55,324 nt of DNA, taken from positions 1 to 55,324 of the IMG/VR virus record IMGVR_UViG_3300031673_000055; one strand, 5' to 3'. The DNA comes from a virus (lineage: Duplodnaviria > Caudoviricetes). Below the pieces are notes generated by a model. It saw only the letters and a list, made by a program, of their open reading frames with translations. It made no database searches and was not told the DNA's origin. Made by a program: the position numbers and the translations under genes. Numbering within the stretch: position 1 is the stretch's first letter; the number at the start of each line of letters is the position of its first letter. This document shows positions 1 to 8,971 of this stretch, one piece after another.

Positions 1-26
1 TGTCATTTTTCGTTCCTTTTTTTTGC

Positions 27-341
27 CTAATCAATAATATTTTCTGAATTAGTCCATAGGATAATTGATTTATTGCCTATATAAGCCCTTACTTTTGATA
101 TACCCCATGAGTTACTTAAAACAGTTACAGGAATATCAGGTTTTGTAACTATACACAAAGTATTACTAACTAAAAAATTAATTGCATAATCATCTTTATC
201 ATTAATTGCATCTAGTAATTGATTGAAATAATTTTCAGATATACATGCAGGATAACCACCAACTGTTACTTTTGCTTGAGCTGATACATTTATTCCTAAA
301 GTTAAAGCAACGCATATTATTAATGTTTTAATTTTATTCAT
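27..341 (-). CDS. Small exported protein with predicted signal peptide
   Basis: N-terminus MNKIK + hydrophobic stretch + SAQA cleavage-like site; RBS CAGGAG upstream. Confidence 0.7.
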   Translation of the reverse strand: MNKIKTLIICVALTLGINVSAQAKVTVGGYPACISENYFNQLLDAINDKDDYAINFLVSNTLCIVTKPDIPVTVLSNSWGISKVRAYIGNKSIILWTNSENIID

Positions 342-364
342 TTTTTTATTCTCCTGTTAGTTAT

Positions 365-610
365 TTAATATTGAGCTTTGCAAGATTTAGAGCAGAATTT
401 ACCCCATCCTCTTTTTATATCAGCTTTTTTAGCTACAAAACCGCATTTGCAATTTTTACATTCAACTAATTTCTTATTGCTAGGTAAATTATCGTAAAAG
501 CCATTAGCTTTATTTTGTAAATATTGTTTTCTTTCAGCTTCATGTATTTTGTGCCTTGCGCTACAAAAATTTCTACCATCTAAAAACTCTATATCTTTAT
601 ACCTACCCAT
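365..610 (-). CDS. Small Cys-rich (zinc-finger-like) phage protein
   Basis: CKNC...RGWGKFCSKSC motif. Confidence 0.65.
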   Translation of the reverse strand: MGRYKDIEFLDGRNFCSARHKIHEAERKQYLQNKANGFYDNLPSNKKLVECKNCKCGFVAKKADIKRGWGKFCSKSCKAQY

Positions 611-843
611 TAAATACCTAATTCATTTAAAATATTATCAATTTCTTTTTTACTAATTGGCTTTGCTTTACCAACTTTATAACCAGCTCTACGCAATTGC
701 AAAATTACATTATGAGCATCAAAATTAAATACCGATGCAACGCCATTCATTTTAACCGCCATTTCACGCCATGCAGTTTCACCCTCTTTAGATTGAGCTA
801 TAAATCTTGTAAACATTTTATCTTGAGTATAAGTTAAATCCAT
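610..843 (-). CDS. Hypothetical protein, first gene of a leftward cassette
   Basis: AAGGA RBS, TAATG coupling to the next gene, promoter directly upstream. Confidence 0.65.
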   Translation of the reverse strand: MDLTYTQDKMFTRFIAQSKEGETAWREMAVKMNGVASVFNFDAHNVILQLRRAGYKVGKAKPISKKEIDNILNELGI

Positions 844-876
844 AATCTTATTCCTTTATTTTAAATCCCTACACCC

Positions 877-905
877 TTTATATAATAGAACTTATTATAC
901 GTCAA
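877..905 (-). promoter_or_regulatory. Sigma70-type promoter overlapping a 17-bp palindromic operator
   Basis: Minus strand TTGACG-N17-TATAAA; operator ATAATAGAACTTATTAT at 882-898. Confidence 0.7.
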
Positions 906-957
906 TACCTATTTTACAAATAATTGCATTTTCTTGTAAATAATATATAATTATTCT

Positions 958-1401
958 ATGTTTAAAGTAACTCCTGACCCAAATAATAGGCAAGTTGAAT
1001 TCCAATTAACCCACTTGGAAGAAATAAACGTGCGCGGAATAAGGCAGGCTTTCTACGCAATTGGTGCTATTGCTAAAAGAACAATAAATGAAAATGTTTT
1101 AAAACGCCCACGTTCGGGACAAGTTTATAAATATAAAGGCAGGCGGCATCGTGCATCGGTTGAAGGTGAAAGTTTTGCTAATAGAAGCGGTGACGCTAGA
1201 AAAACTATTGGATTTAGTGTAAAAGGCGCGCAGGAATTAGAATTTGGTTTTAGGCAAAACGAAAAAACTATGTATACAAAAATATTAGAAGAAAAACGTA
1301 ATAGGCCAACTTTACGCATTGCATCAAAAGAAACACAAGGTAAGGCTGTTACTATTATGGAAAATGAACTTAAAAAAGCGCATGATGAGGGTTATAGATA
1401 A
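958..1401 (+). CDS. Neck/tail completion protein (HK97 gp10-like)
   Basis: Follows head closure in gene order; RSGQVY...HRAS..GE..ANRSG and RPTL motifs typical of this family. Confidence 0.65.
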   Translation: MFKVTPDPNNRQVEFQLTHLEEINVRGIRQAFYAIGAIAKRTINENVLKRPRSGQVYKYKGRRHRASVEGESFANRSGDARKTIGFSVKGAQELEFGFRQNEKTMYTKILEEKRNRPTLRIASKETQGKAVTIMENELKKAHDEGYR

Positions 1402-2522
1402 TGATAAAAGCATCGACTATAGCAGGGCAATTGCAAAACGCACTACCAACACAAACAAGCTTGTTTAGCAATCCTGATATTACTATAAGCAGCTTAACGC
1501 GTTCAGGAACTACTATAACCGCTGTAACCGCAACGCCGCATGGATTAGCTACTAATAATTATATAACTATTTTAAATGCCAAAACTCCAATAAGTATAAG
1601 TTCTATTACTTCAATACCTAAGCCAGGGATAAGCGCGACTGGCTCAATAGTAACCGTTACAACGGCAACGCCTCATGATTTTACGGAAGGTTTTGATTTT
1701 GTAGCTGAAATTGCAGGGGCTAATCAATCTGCATATAATGGCAGTTTTGCAATAACGGACGTTCTAAATAGGCGAACTTTTAAATATGAAATAGATAGTC
1801 AACCAGTTACCCCTGCAACTGGTACTATCGTATTATTAAATAATGATGCAACTGGCTACAATGGCAGGCATCAAATAACAGTTACAAATAATACAACGTT
1901 TACCTATCAAACTACATTAACCCCTAATAGTCCAGCTCAAGGCACTCCAATTTTAAGAAGTGGTGTAAGAGTTGCAAGGGCTATCTCATGGGAACGCGCA
2001 ATGGAAGCTTATACAAAACAGAATACAAGCGCGCTATGGGCTTTTGTGGTACTTGGCGATATATCAATATCAAAAAGCCGTAGGGATAGTACGGATGCTA
2101 TACAAACTTTAACTTATGGCGATGAATATCGCACAAGGCTTATATTGCCGTTCTCAGTTTATATTTACGTTCCATGCTCAAATGAAATAAGTGGCGGTGC
2201 TGCCCGTGATTTAATAGAGGATGTAAGGGTTGCACTTTATAAATCAATGTTGCGTACTAGGTTTACACCTGTATTAGAAGAAGCTGCAACTTATGTAACT
2301 GTTGCCGCAGGTGATAGATTTATTCAATATAACAATGCGTATTACATTCATGAATTTATGTTTGAAACTGTTTGTGATATAACTATTGGTGATACAGTTG
2401 CACCTACTGAAAATGTTGCGTTCCGTGATTTCTCATTGATATATATTGACCCTATAACAGATGATGGGGATAATATTATCATGCAAACGCTTGATGTTAG
2501 TTTAGATGATGTTCCGATTTAA
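1401..2522 (+). CDS. Putative tail terminator/neck protein with inserted beta-rich repeat modules
   Basis: Lies between tail completion and sheath genes; two nested SxxRSG..TPH..YNG..TF.Y..PATG modules. Confidence 0.6.
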   Translation: MIKASTIAGQLQNALPTQTSLFSNPDITISSLTRSGTTITAVTATPHGLATNNYITILNAKTPISISSITSIPKPGISATGSIVTVTTATPHDFTEGFDFVAEIAGANQSAYNGSFAITDVLNRRTFKYEIDSQPVTPATGTIVLLNNDATGYNGRHQITVTNNTTFTYQTTLTPNSPAQGTPILRSGVRVARAISWERAMEAYTKQNTSALWAFVVLGDISISKSRRDSTDAIQTLTYGDEYRTRLILPFSVYIYVPCSNEISGGAARDLIEDVRVALYKSMLRTRFTPVLEEAATYVTVAAGDRFIQYNNAYYIHEFMFETVCDITIGDTVAPTENVAFRDFSLIYIDPITDDGDNIIMQTLDVSLDDVPI

Positions 2523-2755
2523 TTATCATTATTTATAGAAATTTTATATTTTAATTCTTGTTGTAATTTTTCAATATTTTCTTTGTCAGACACAACTTCG
2601 CCGGTTTTTATATTAACCAGTGACCATTTAACATAATTGGTTTTATAGCACTCAATATAAAAGCCAAGTTTATGTAATAACCAATTAGGCAATAATAATA
2701 TTAATAATTTAAAATATATTTTTTTAATCATAAAGAATAAGGATGTTGTTAACAC
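2519..2755 (-). CDS. Hypothetical protein
   Basis: ORF in the leftward cassette; start uncertain. Confidence 0.4.
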   Translation of the reverse strand: MLTTSLFFMIKKIYFKLLILLLPNWLLHKLGFYIECYKTNYVKWSLVNIKTGEVVSDKENIEKLQQELKYKISINNDN

Positions 2756-2835
2756 AACTCATTCTAATAATTATTATTAATAATACAAATTGTTTTTTAT
2801 TAACATACAAACAAAACTTCACTTTTCTTTACATG

Positions 2836-3120
2836 TTATTTATCCTCCTGTAGGGCTTGTTTAGCTATCTCAAAATTATGTGGTCTTTTTGTTATTTCAG
2901 GCCACGTTAGGTTTTCTGATAGCGCTATCAATTCCAAAGCGTCCCGCAGCCGCTTGTTTTCGGCTTTTAGATTTTTATATTCGGCTATAAGCTTGTCTAT
3001 GAGGGGTTTAGCATCATGTAGCGCGTACCAAGCATCTAGCGTTATCACATTTGCATCGCCTCTTGATTTAAATTGTGTCGCCAATTGCAAAGCCTCTTTT
3101 ATCTGCTGTAGTTTATCCAT
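2836..3120 (-). CDS. Hypothetical coiled-coil phage protein
   Basis: GGGGGAG RBS; LKAENKRLRDAL coiled-coil segment. Confidence 0.6.
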   Translation of the reverse strand: MDKLQQIKEALQLATQFKSRGDANVITLDAWYALHDAKPLIDKLIAEYKNLKAENKRLRDALELIALSENLTWPEITKRPHNFEIAKQALQEDK

Positions 3121-3162
3121 ATCACTCCCCCGCTATTTGTTCTCCCCTGGATAAGGCTTGTT

Positions 3163-4386
3163 TTACCCTTTAACGTTCACAATTTGTCTTAGCCTATATT
3201 TTATACTCACTAAATCATCTTGTGCCGCCATAACCGCACCAATATCTTTATATGCGGCAGGGCTTTCATCTAATACATCCACGTCAAGCCTCGCCTCTAT
3301 ACCTCGCATGGCATTTTTATGCTGCTCAAGGCTTATAAGCTTTTTAGCTTCACCACGCGACATAACCCTGCCAGCACCGTGTGAACATGAGCAAAAGGAT
3401 TCTTTGTTACCCAGCCCCTCAACTATAAAAGAGCCAGTACCCATTGAGCCGGGTATTATTCCTAAATCTCCTCTTCTTGCTCGTACAGCACCTTTTCTTG
3501 TTACAAGTACGTTATCATTAAAGTGATTTTCACGCTCAACATAATTATGGTGACAATTAACAGCCATATCGCTTGTTATTATTTCTTTAGTGTGACTTTG
3601 CAGAACCTTTAAAACCCTATCCATCATTATTTTTCTGTTTTCTAGTGCGTAATTTTGCGCCCAGCTTACAGCTTCAACATAATCATTGAATATTTCTGTA
3701 TGTTCAACTAAATAAGATAAATCCTTATCAGGTAAATATTGAGTTATATGGTAGCGTTCCATTTCTTCTTTTGCTTTTTCAATGAAATACATTCCAATTC
3801 TATTACCCACACCCCTTGACCCCGAATGAAGCATAATCCATACGGAGTCGTTTTCATCAAGGCATATCTCAATAAAATGGTTACCAGTTCCTAAAGTTCC
3901 TAAATGGCTAATGTTATTGAAGGCTCTAGCTTTTGGGTGTTTATCGGTTATCTTGTTATATTGGGAGTCTATTGCGCCCCATTTACTTATAACATCTTCT
4001 GGCAAGTCGCCACCCCAGCCACCTTTATCGTTTTTACCACCATTATCAGTACGACCATGAGGTACAGCAGCTTCAATGTCGCTTCTAACGTTAGATAGAT
4101 TTTCCGGTAAATCATGAGAGGTTAAATTGGTTTTTACAGCCATCATGCCACAACCAATATCAACACCCACTGCCGCAGGTATTATCGCCCCTTTTGTAGC
4201 TATAACAGAACCAACAGTAGCCCCCATCCCCCAATGGACATCAGGCATCCCAGCAACATGTTTATGTATAAACGGCATCTTTGCAACGTTGCGTAATTGC
4301 TGCATAGCGTTTTCATCAAACCCTTGGTGGCTATCCCATAATTTTAAAGGTGCGCCCTCAGTTTGATAATAGTTAAATTTCTTCAT
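3163..4386 (-). CDS. rtcB: RtcB-family RNA ligase (2',3'-cyclic phosphate/5'-OH)
   Basis: Motifs PDVH, GVDIGCGM, GTGNHFIE, HSGSRG, HHNY, RKGA, PGSMG, SCSHGAGR and DESPAAYK are all intact; start moved to ATG 4386 (GAGGGGG RBS). Confidence 0.96.
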   Translation of the reverse strand: MKKFNYYQTEGAPLKLWDSHQGFDENAMQQLRNVAKMPFIHKHVAGMPDVHWGMGATVGSVIATKGAIIPAAVGVDIGCGMMAVKTNLTSHDLPENLSNVRSDIEAAVPHGRTDNGGKNDKGGWGGDLPEDVISKWGAIDSQYNKITDKHPKARAFNNISHLGTLGTGNHFIEICLDENDSVWIMLHSGSRGVGNRIGMYFIEKAKEEMERYHITQYLPDKDLSYLVEHTEIFNDYVEAVSWAQNYALENRKIMMDRVLKVLQSHTKEIITSDMAVNCHHNYVERENHFNDNVLVTRKGAVRARRGDLGIIPGSMGTGSFIVEGLGNKESFCSCSHGAGRVMSRGEAKKLISLEQHKNAMRGIEARLDVDVLDESPAAYKDIGAVMAAQDDLVSIKYRLRQIVNVKG

Positions 4387-4469
4387 AAATCCCCCTCTGC
4401 CATGTAAAATTGCTTGCCGTTGCCCGTGATTATCGCCGCTTTTAGCGGGTCTGTGTAGTATAGGCTCAT
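4383..4469 (-). CDS. 28-aa ORF translationally coupled to rtcB (MSLYYTDPLKAAIITGNGKQFYMAEGDL)
   Basis: ATGA overlaps at both ends; translated by hand. Confidence 0.45.
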   Translation of the reverse strand: MSLYYTDPLKAAIITGNGKQFYMAEGDL

Positions 4470-4642
4470 TGTTTTTCCTCACCTTCTGGTAATTTATTTA
4501 AAAATTCATCGCTAAATGATAGCGAATTCTTAAAATCCTTTATTTGCTTCATAACTTCTAGTGAATAAACGTCTTTTATTTTGCAAGCCCCGCCAAAATT
4601 ATGTTTCGGGATTGTGCCGATATTTCTATCTTTTTTACTCAT
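4466..4642 (-). CDS. Hypothetical protein (58 aa)
   Basis: AAGGAG RBS; open frame MSKKDRNIG...; below the ORF-track cutoff. Confidence 0.55.
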   Translation of the reverse strand: MSKKDRNIGTIPKHNFGGACKIKDVYSLEVMKQIKDFKNSLSFSDEFLNKLPEGEEKQ

Positions 4643-4662
4643 AATTTCTCCTTCACTTGTTG

Positions 4663-4836
4663 TTAATACGGGACTTTATCTTGTGCATCTAGAATACCTA
4701 CCAACTCATTAACTAATTCATCGGTGATATTCATCCCGTAGCTGCTATTTATAGCGCAGCCTAACTTCCTTAGTAGCCTTATTCTAATTTCAATACTAAC
4801 CTCGTCCATACGAAAAACTGCCATTATATCACCCAT
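4663..4836 (-). CDS. Hypothetical protein (57 aa)
   Basis: GAGGAGG RBS; open frame MGDIMAVFRMDEV... Confidence 0.55.
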   Translation of the reverse strand: MGDIMAVFRMDEVSIEIRIRLLRKLGCAINSSYGMNITDELVNELVGILDAQDKVPY

Positions 4837-4906
4837 ACTCAATCCCTCCTCAATATATAACGGCCCTCGCTGTTTATTTGCTTAAATATCATAAATGTAG
4901 TGCATG

Positions 4907-5158
4907 TCACTCTATCCACTCCTTTAGTTTGTTTAATAATTCTTGCTCACCCTCAAGCGCAAATCCACCTTCTTTAATGTTATACTCTATATTGTCTATA
5001 GCGGCTTGCATTAGCGGTATAGCAGCCCTTAGTTTGGCTTCCATGCGTAAAACCAACTTTTCACCATTAACAACCTCTCCGCCATCGTAGGAAGGAGAAT
5101 AATCTTTCACTATTTTTTGGTAGTATCGCGGTACGAACTCTTTTAGTTTAGTTTCCAT
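4907..5158 (-). CDS. Hypothetical protein
   Basis: Overlaps the upstream gene within the leftward cassette. Confidence 0.55.
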   Translation of the reverse strand: METKLKEFVPRYYQKIVKDYSPSYDGGEVVNGEKLVLRMEAKLRAAIPLMQAAIDNIEYNIKEGGFALEGEQELLNKLKEWIE

Positions 5159-5330
5159 CTTTTAACCATCCTGATATTATTTTTTCTTTCAAAGTTCCGC
5201 ATTTTTTACATTGCAATATAAATTGAGTCTTTGGCGTTTTACGATTATAGGAAAGGTCAAAATATTGTTTAAAATTATAAATTTTCCATTTATGAATACA
5301 CCCACAATTAAGCCAATCTAATATAAACAT
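5148..5330 (-). CDS. Small Cys/His zinc-ribbon-like protein
   Basis: CIHKW...CKKCG motif; TAATG coupling at 5330. Confidence 0.6.
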   Translation of the reverse strand: MFILDWLNCGCIHKWKIYNFKQYFDLSYNRKTPKTQFILQCKKCGTLKEKIISGWLKDGN

Positions 5331-5467
5331 TATTCGCAATCCTCATAATCATCATCATAAGGCCCATCATTATCCGCAAAACATGATAGACATTCTTTGC
5401 GTTGTTGCTCAAGATAATTTAATTCGCAATCACATGACCAACAAATATTTTCAATGTTATTGTGCAT
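5330..5467 (-). CDS. 45-aa CxxC/CxxC protein with acidic tail
   Basis: MHNNIENICWSC...CLSC..DDDYEDCE; TAATG-coupled on both sides. Confidence 0.55.
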   Translation of the reverse strand: MHNNIENICWSCDCELNYLEQQRKECLSCFADNDGPYDDDYEDCE

Positions 5468-6054
5468 TATTTAGTACTCCATCCATTTTCATTTAATCTA
5501 AACATTAATTTAAATTCTTTGTGCATATAATCACTTGCTAACATAATCTTATTATTAAAATTATCAAGTATATATTGCTTGCCATCAATATCAACCGCTA
5601 ATACAGCATGTTGCATATTATCGTGATTAGGCAACCAACCAACCCATATATTAAGCTGATTAGCTTTAAATCCAGCCTCACGGGCAGCGTAATACCAACT
5701 TATAGCATAATCTTCGCAATCTCCGCCATTGTTAGCTTTAAACTCATTAGGAGTAGCCCAATAATCAAAATTAACATTAGGTTTAAACCAAAAAGATTGA
5801 TAATTATAACTATCTGATTTGTAAATTCCTCTTACACTTTCAAAAACATTTACTAAAGTTTCATAATTTACTTTTGCATTACCTTCTTTTATAGGTTGCC
5901 TTTCTAAAACTTTATGCCATTTTTCAATTAATTTTGTGCCATTTTTTAAAGGAATTACATAATCAGTTACATTTTTATTTATATCAACTTGTGCAAATAC
6001 ACCCTTTGGTAAACATAATAAACACAAACAAACTACAAATATTCTTAAAATCAT
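5467..6054 (-). CDS. Transglutaminase-like cysteine peptidase (BTLCP/peptidase C93, LapG-like) with signal peptide
   Basis: DYWATP.EF...GGDCEDYA, HAVL and YILDN give the Cys-His-Asp triad; hydrophobic N-terminus. Confidence 0.88.
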   Translation of the reverse strand: MILRIFVVCLCLLCLPKGVFAQVDINKNVTDYVIPLKNGTKLIEKWHKVLERQPIKEGNAKVNYETLVNVFESVRGIYKSDSYNYQSFWFKPNVNFDYWATPNEFKANNGGDCEDYAISWYYAAREAGFKANQLNIWVGWLPNHDNMQHAVLAVDIDGKQYILDNFNNKIMLASDYMHKEFKLMFRLNENGWSTK

Positions 6055-6090
6055 TTTATTATTCCTATTTAATATCTATGCCTTACACCC

Positions 6091-6119
6091 TTTATATAAT
6101 AGAGAATAATAGAAGTCAA
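6091..6119 (-). promoter_or_regulatory. Sigma70-type promoter of the protease-rtcB cassette
   Basis: Minus strand TTGACT-N17-TATAAA followed by GGGTGTA, as in the promoter at 877-905. Confidence 0.7.
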
Positions 6120-6205
6120 TAGGCATTTTACATTTTATTTTAAAATCACCTTTTTATTTTTTAATAATCAATTTATAATTATAGAATTATAAAAACGGTA
6201 AAATT

Positions 6206-6409
6206 ATGATTGTTTTAAAAATAAATACCGCAATAGCAGGATTTAAGCCTAACGATATTATTAAATTAAAAACAGATAAAAATAATAATATTGTTGATAA
6301 TTTTTGGTTTAGACGTTTAAAAGACGCTGAAATTGATGGTTGTGTAGAAGTTGTATTATCAAAAGACATTAATTTAAAAGAACAAAAAAACAAAAAAGGA
6401 AATAAGTAA
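6206..6409 (+). CDS. Mu gp38/DUF2635-like small tail protein
   Basis: FWFRRLKD motif immediately upstream of the sheath gene. Confidence 0.7.
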   Translation: MIVLKINTAIAGFKPNDIIKLKTDKNNNIVDNFWFRRLKDAEIDGCVEVVLSKDINLKEQKNKKGNK

Positions 6410-7953
6410 TGACAATTTCACAACCTGATATTACTTTTAATATTATACCTGCTGCATCTACAATTTCAAACGCCCCACAAAAAGTTTTATTTATAGGGCA
6501 AATGCTTTCTGGAACTGCAACAGCTGGTTCGCTTGTTACAAATATAGGTAATTCAGGCGAAGAAACTGCCCTCTTTGGTGCAAAAAGTATGATTGCTCAA
6601 ATGGTAAGGCAGGCAAGGCGTATAAATAAAGTTACTCAATTTGACGCTATACCCCTTGCAGATGCAGGGGCAGGCACTGCCGCAACTGGCACTATTGCCT
6701 TTTCAGGTACAGCAACAGCTAACGGAACGCTTGTTATATCCATTGGATCAGGTGCTAACTATGCCGTGTCTTTACCTATAGCTATTGATGATACCGCAGA
6801 TGAAATTGGAGATGCTTTTGTAGCTTTAGTAAACGCATTGACAACAGCCCCCTTTACGGCTGCTAACTCCACTGGAACTGTTACTATAACCAGCTCTCAT
6901 AAGGGCGAATTTGGTAATAATGTAGGCTATAAAGTAGAAGGCGCAGTTGCAGGAATAACAGTAGCATTAACACTACCAACGAATGGAGCAACTAATCCGA
7001 CTTTAACAAATATATTTGATGTTATAGATGGTGAACGCTATCAAACTATAGTATGGCCTGAAACTTACACGCTTTCTACACTAACAACTGAATTAGATAC
7101 TAGGTTTAACGTTAGTAATGACATATTGGATGGCGTTGGTATTCAAACATTATCAAACACTTATTCAAATTTAGTTAGCGCAGGTAACGCGCAAAATTCA
7201 AAATCTTTAGTTTTGATAGGTAATAAAAAACTTAACGCAACAGCTCATAAAGGCGGCGCATTACTTGAGTTTAGCGATGTTATATCAGCTCAATTTGCGG
7301 CATTGCGGTCTTTGAGGCTTACTGAAGGTGCTAATATATCGCAATATGTAATTAGCCCTAATGGTGCTTTAGATACTATTGGTGGCCCTGCAATATCAGC
7401 ATTGCCTTATTTTAATTCACCATTTCCGCTACTTGATTTAATTGATGTCGGTGTTGGATTTTCAAAAACTGAAATTGAAGGTTTAATAACTGCAGGCGTA
7501 TCTACATTTGCAAATAATAAAACTAGAACTTCAATTATATCAGGTGAAATTGTTACAACTCGCAAAACTGATAGTGCCGGCAATGCAGAAACTACATTTA
7601 AATTTTTAAACGCTGTAGACACTTCAACTGCAGTTCGCGAATTTTATTTTAATAATTTAAAAGCACGATTTGCACAATCAAGGCTAACTCAAGGCGATTT
7701 AATACCTAATCGCAACATGGCAAATCAAGCTGTTATTGAGTCTTATCTTGATAATCTATTTCAGCAACTTGGCGGTGATAATTATGTATTAGTTCAATCT
7801 GGAGCAACTGCACAAAAATTCTTTAAAGACAATAGAACTGTTACATTAAGTTTAATTGATGGTTCAGTAACTATAACTATGCAAGCTCCAATTGTAACGC
7901 AATTACGCACAATTATAGCAACTATGCAAATTTCATTTTCAACAGAAGGGTAA
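6409..7953 (+). CDS. Contractile tail sheath protein (Mu gpL-like)
   Basis: 514 aa; KVLFIGQ, LFGAKSMIAQM and ITTRKTDSAG-type motifs; gene position. Confidence 0.92.
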   Translation: MTISQPDITFNIIPAASTISNAPQKVLFIGQMLSGTATAGSLVTNIGNSGEETALFGAKSMIAQMVRQARRINKVTQFDAIPLADAGAGTAATGTIAFSGTATANGTLVISIGSGANYAVSLPIAIDDTADEIGDAFVALVNALTTAPFTAANSTGTVTITSSHKGEFGNNVGYKVEGAVAGITVALTLPTNGATNPTLTNIFDVIDGERYQTIVWPETYTLSTLTTELDTRFNVSNDILDGVGIQTLSNTYSNLVSAGNAQNSKSLVLIGNKKLNATAHKGGALLEFSDVISAQFAALRSLRLTEGANISQYVISPNGALDTIGGPAISALPYFNSPFPLLDLIDVGVGFSKTEIEGLITAGVSTFANNKTRTSIISGEIVTTRKTDSAGNAETTFKFLNAVDTSTAVREFYFNNLKARFAQSRLTQGDLIPNRNMANQAVIESYLDNLFQQLGGDNYVLVQSGATAQKFFKDNRTVTLSLIDGSVTITMQAPIVTQLRTIIATMQISFSTEG

Positions 7954-7958
7954 AATAA

Positions 7959-8339
7959 ATGGCAATCACTTTAGCTAATCCAACTATATTGGTTAATAAT
8001 TTATCAACTCCAATAGTTGCTAACTCATTTAGTTATACCGAAGGCAAAGGCGAGCAAACTGTAAGAGTTCAATCGGCCGGTGGTGGTAGCGTTCAAACTG
8101 TTTTATCAAATAATGTTGAAACTAATCTTTCTATGGTTAAATTTTCAATGTTTCCAACTGCTGAAAATATTGCAACTATCCTTTCATGGAAAAATAACGG
8201 CAATGCAAATGTTATAAGTGCTTCAGGTGCAGGTCTTACACGTTCTTTTACAAATGCAACCTTGATAAATGATTATGAAATTAATTTAGGTTCAGATACT
8301 CAAATTGATTTAGAATTTAAAACCGATGCAGCAATTTAA
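7959..8339 (+). CDS. Tail tube protein
   Basis: 126-aa beta-rich protein directly after the sheath gene. Confidence 0.8.
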   Translation: MAITLANPTILVNNLSTPIVANSFSYTEGKGEQTVRVQSAGGGSVQTVLSNNVETNLSMVKFSMFPTAENIATILSWKNNGNANVISASGAGLTRSFTNATLINDYEINLGSDTQIDLEFKTDAAI

Positions 8340-8351
8340 TGTAGGATTTTT

Positions 8352-8819
8352 ATGACTGATTATAAAAGTGAATTTGTTTTTCAATTAAGCAACCCTTTAG
8401 AATATCACGAAAAAGGGCAAATTGAATTTGCTAACGAATTAACTTTAAAAGCCCCATCAAACAGGCAGCGTCATCAATCCGCTAAATTAAAGCAGGGTTT
8501 TTTTCGCGCAATAAAAAGCATGGCTGATAACACTGGACGCGTAGAAACTAACGCTGATAAAAGTGGCGAAAAAGAAGAAGAATTAACAGGTGAAAGCGTA
8601 ATAGAAATAATAATGATGTCAAGCGTAGATTTAGTTGATTATCAAGAAAGCTTTCGTGAGTTAATTTTAAATGATGTTTGTTACGCAAAAGAACAAAAAT
8701 TAACAGCTCCTATGTATGATAAATTATCAGATAATGATACTGAAAAACTTATGGGGGAATATATTGCAAATTTTTTGCTTTCTTCCCATCTTGCGAAAAT
8801 GGGGAACAAGAAAAAATAG
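8352..8819 (+). CDS. Tail assembly chaperone (G-type)
   Basis: Between tube and tape measure; LSNPL...ELTLKAP motif; slippery site near its 3' end. Confidence 0.8.
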   Translation: MTDYKSEFVFQLSNPLEYHEKGQIEFANELTLKAPSNRQRHQSAKLKQGFFRAIKSMADNTGRVETNADKSGEKEEELTGESVIEIIMMSSVDLVDYQESFRELILNDVCYAKEQKLTAPMYDKLSDNDTEKLMGEYIANFLLSSHLAKMGNKKK

Positions 8820-8971
8820 ATTATATGATTGCTAACCTTATGGTATTTTATAAAGGTGGTTTATCATATACAGAATTGCAAAATATGCCATTGCCTGAAG
8901 TTTACAAACTAAATAAATTTGCAGAACGTATAAATAAAGAACGTGAAAGGGCAATGAAAAATGGCGTTTAA
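8768..8971 (+). CDS. -1 frameshift extension of the tail chaperone (GT-type)
   Basis: A AAT TTT heptamer at 8768-8774 in the correct phase; -1 frame open to TAA 8971 (…GGLSYTELQNMPLPEVYKL…). Confidence 0.8.
   Translation, partial: KFFAFFPSCENGEQEKIDYMIANLMVFYKGGLSYTELQNMPLPEVYKLNKFAERINKERERAMKNGV

Larger units (their letters stand above)
1..2516. repeat. Direct terminal repeat, copy 1 (terminal redundancy or circular assembly overlap)
   Basis: Matches 52809-55324 at offset 52808; ORF translations are duplicated; one difference seen (A127 vs G52935). Confidence 0.97.

Noticed and set aside
4387-4482. N-terminal extension of RtcB in the ORF track
   Set aside because: It overlaps two coupled small ORFs; the ATG at 4386 has a good RBS and matches typical RtcB length.
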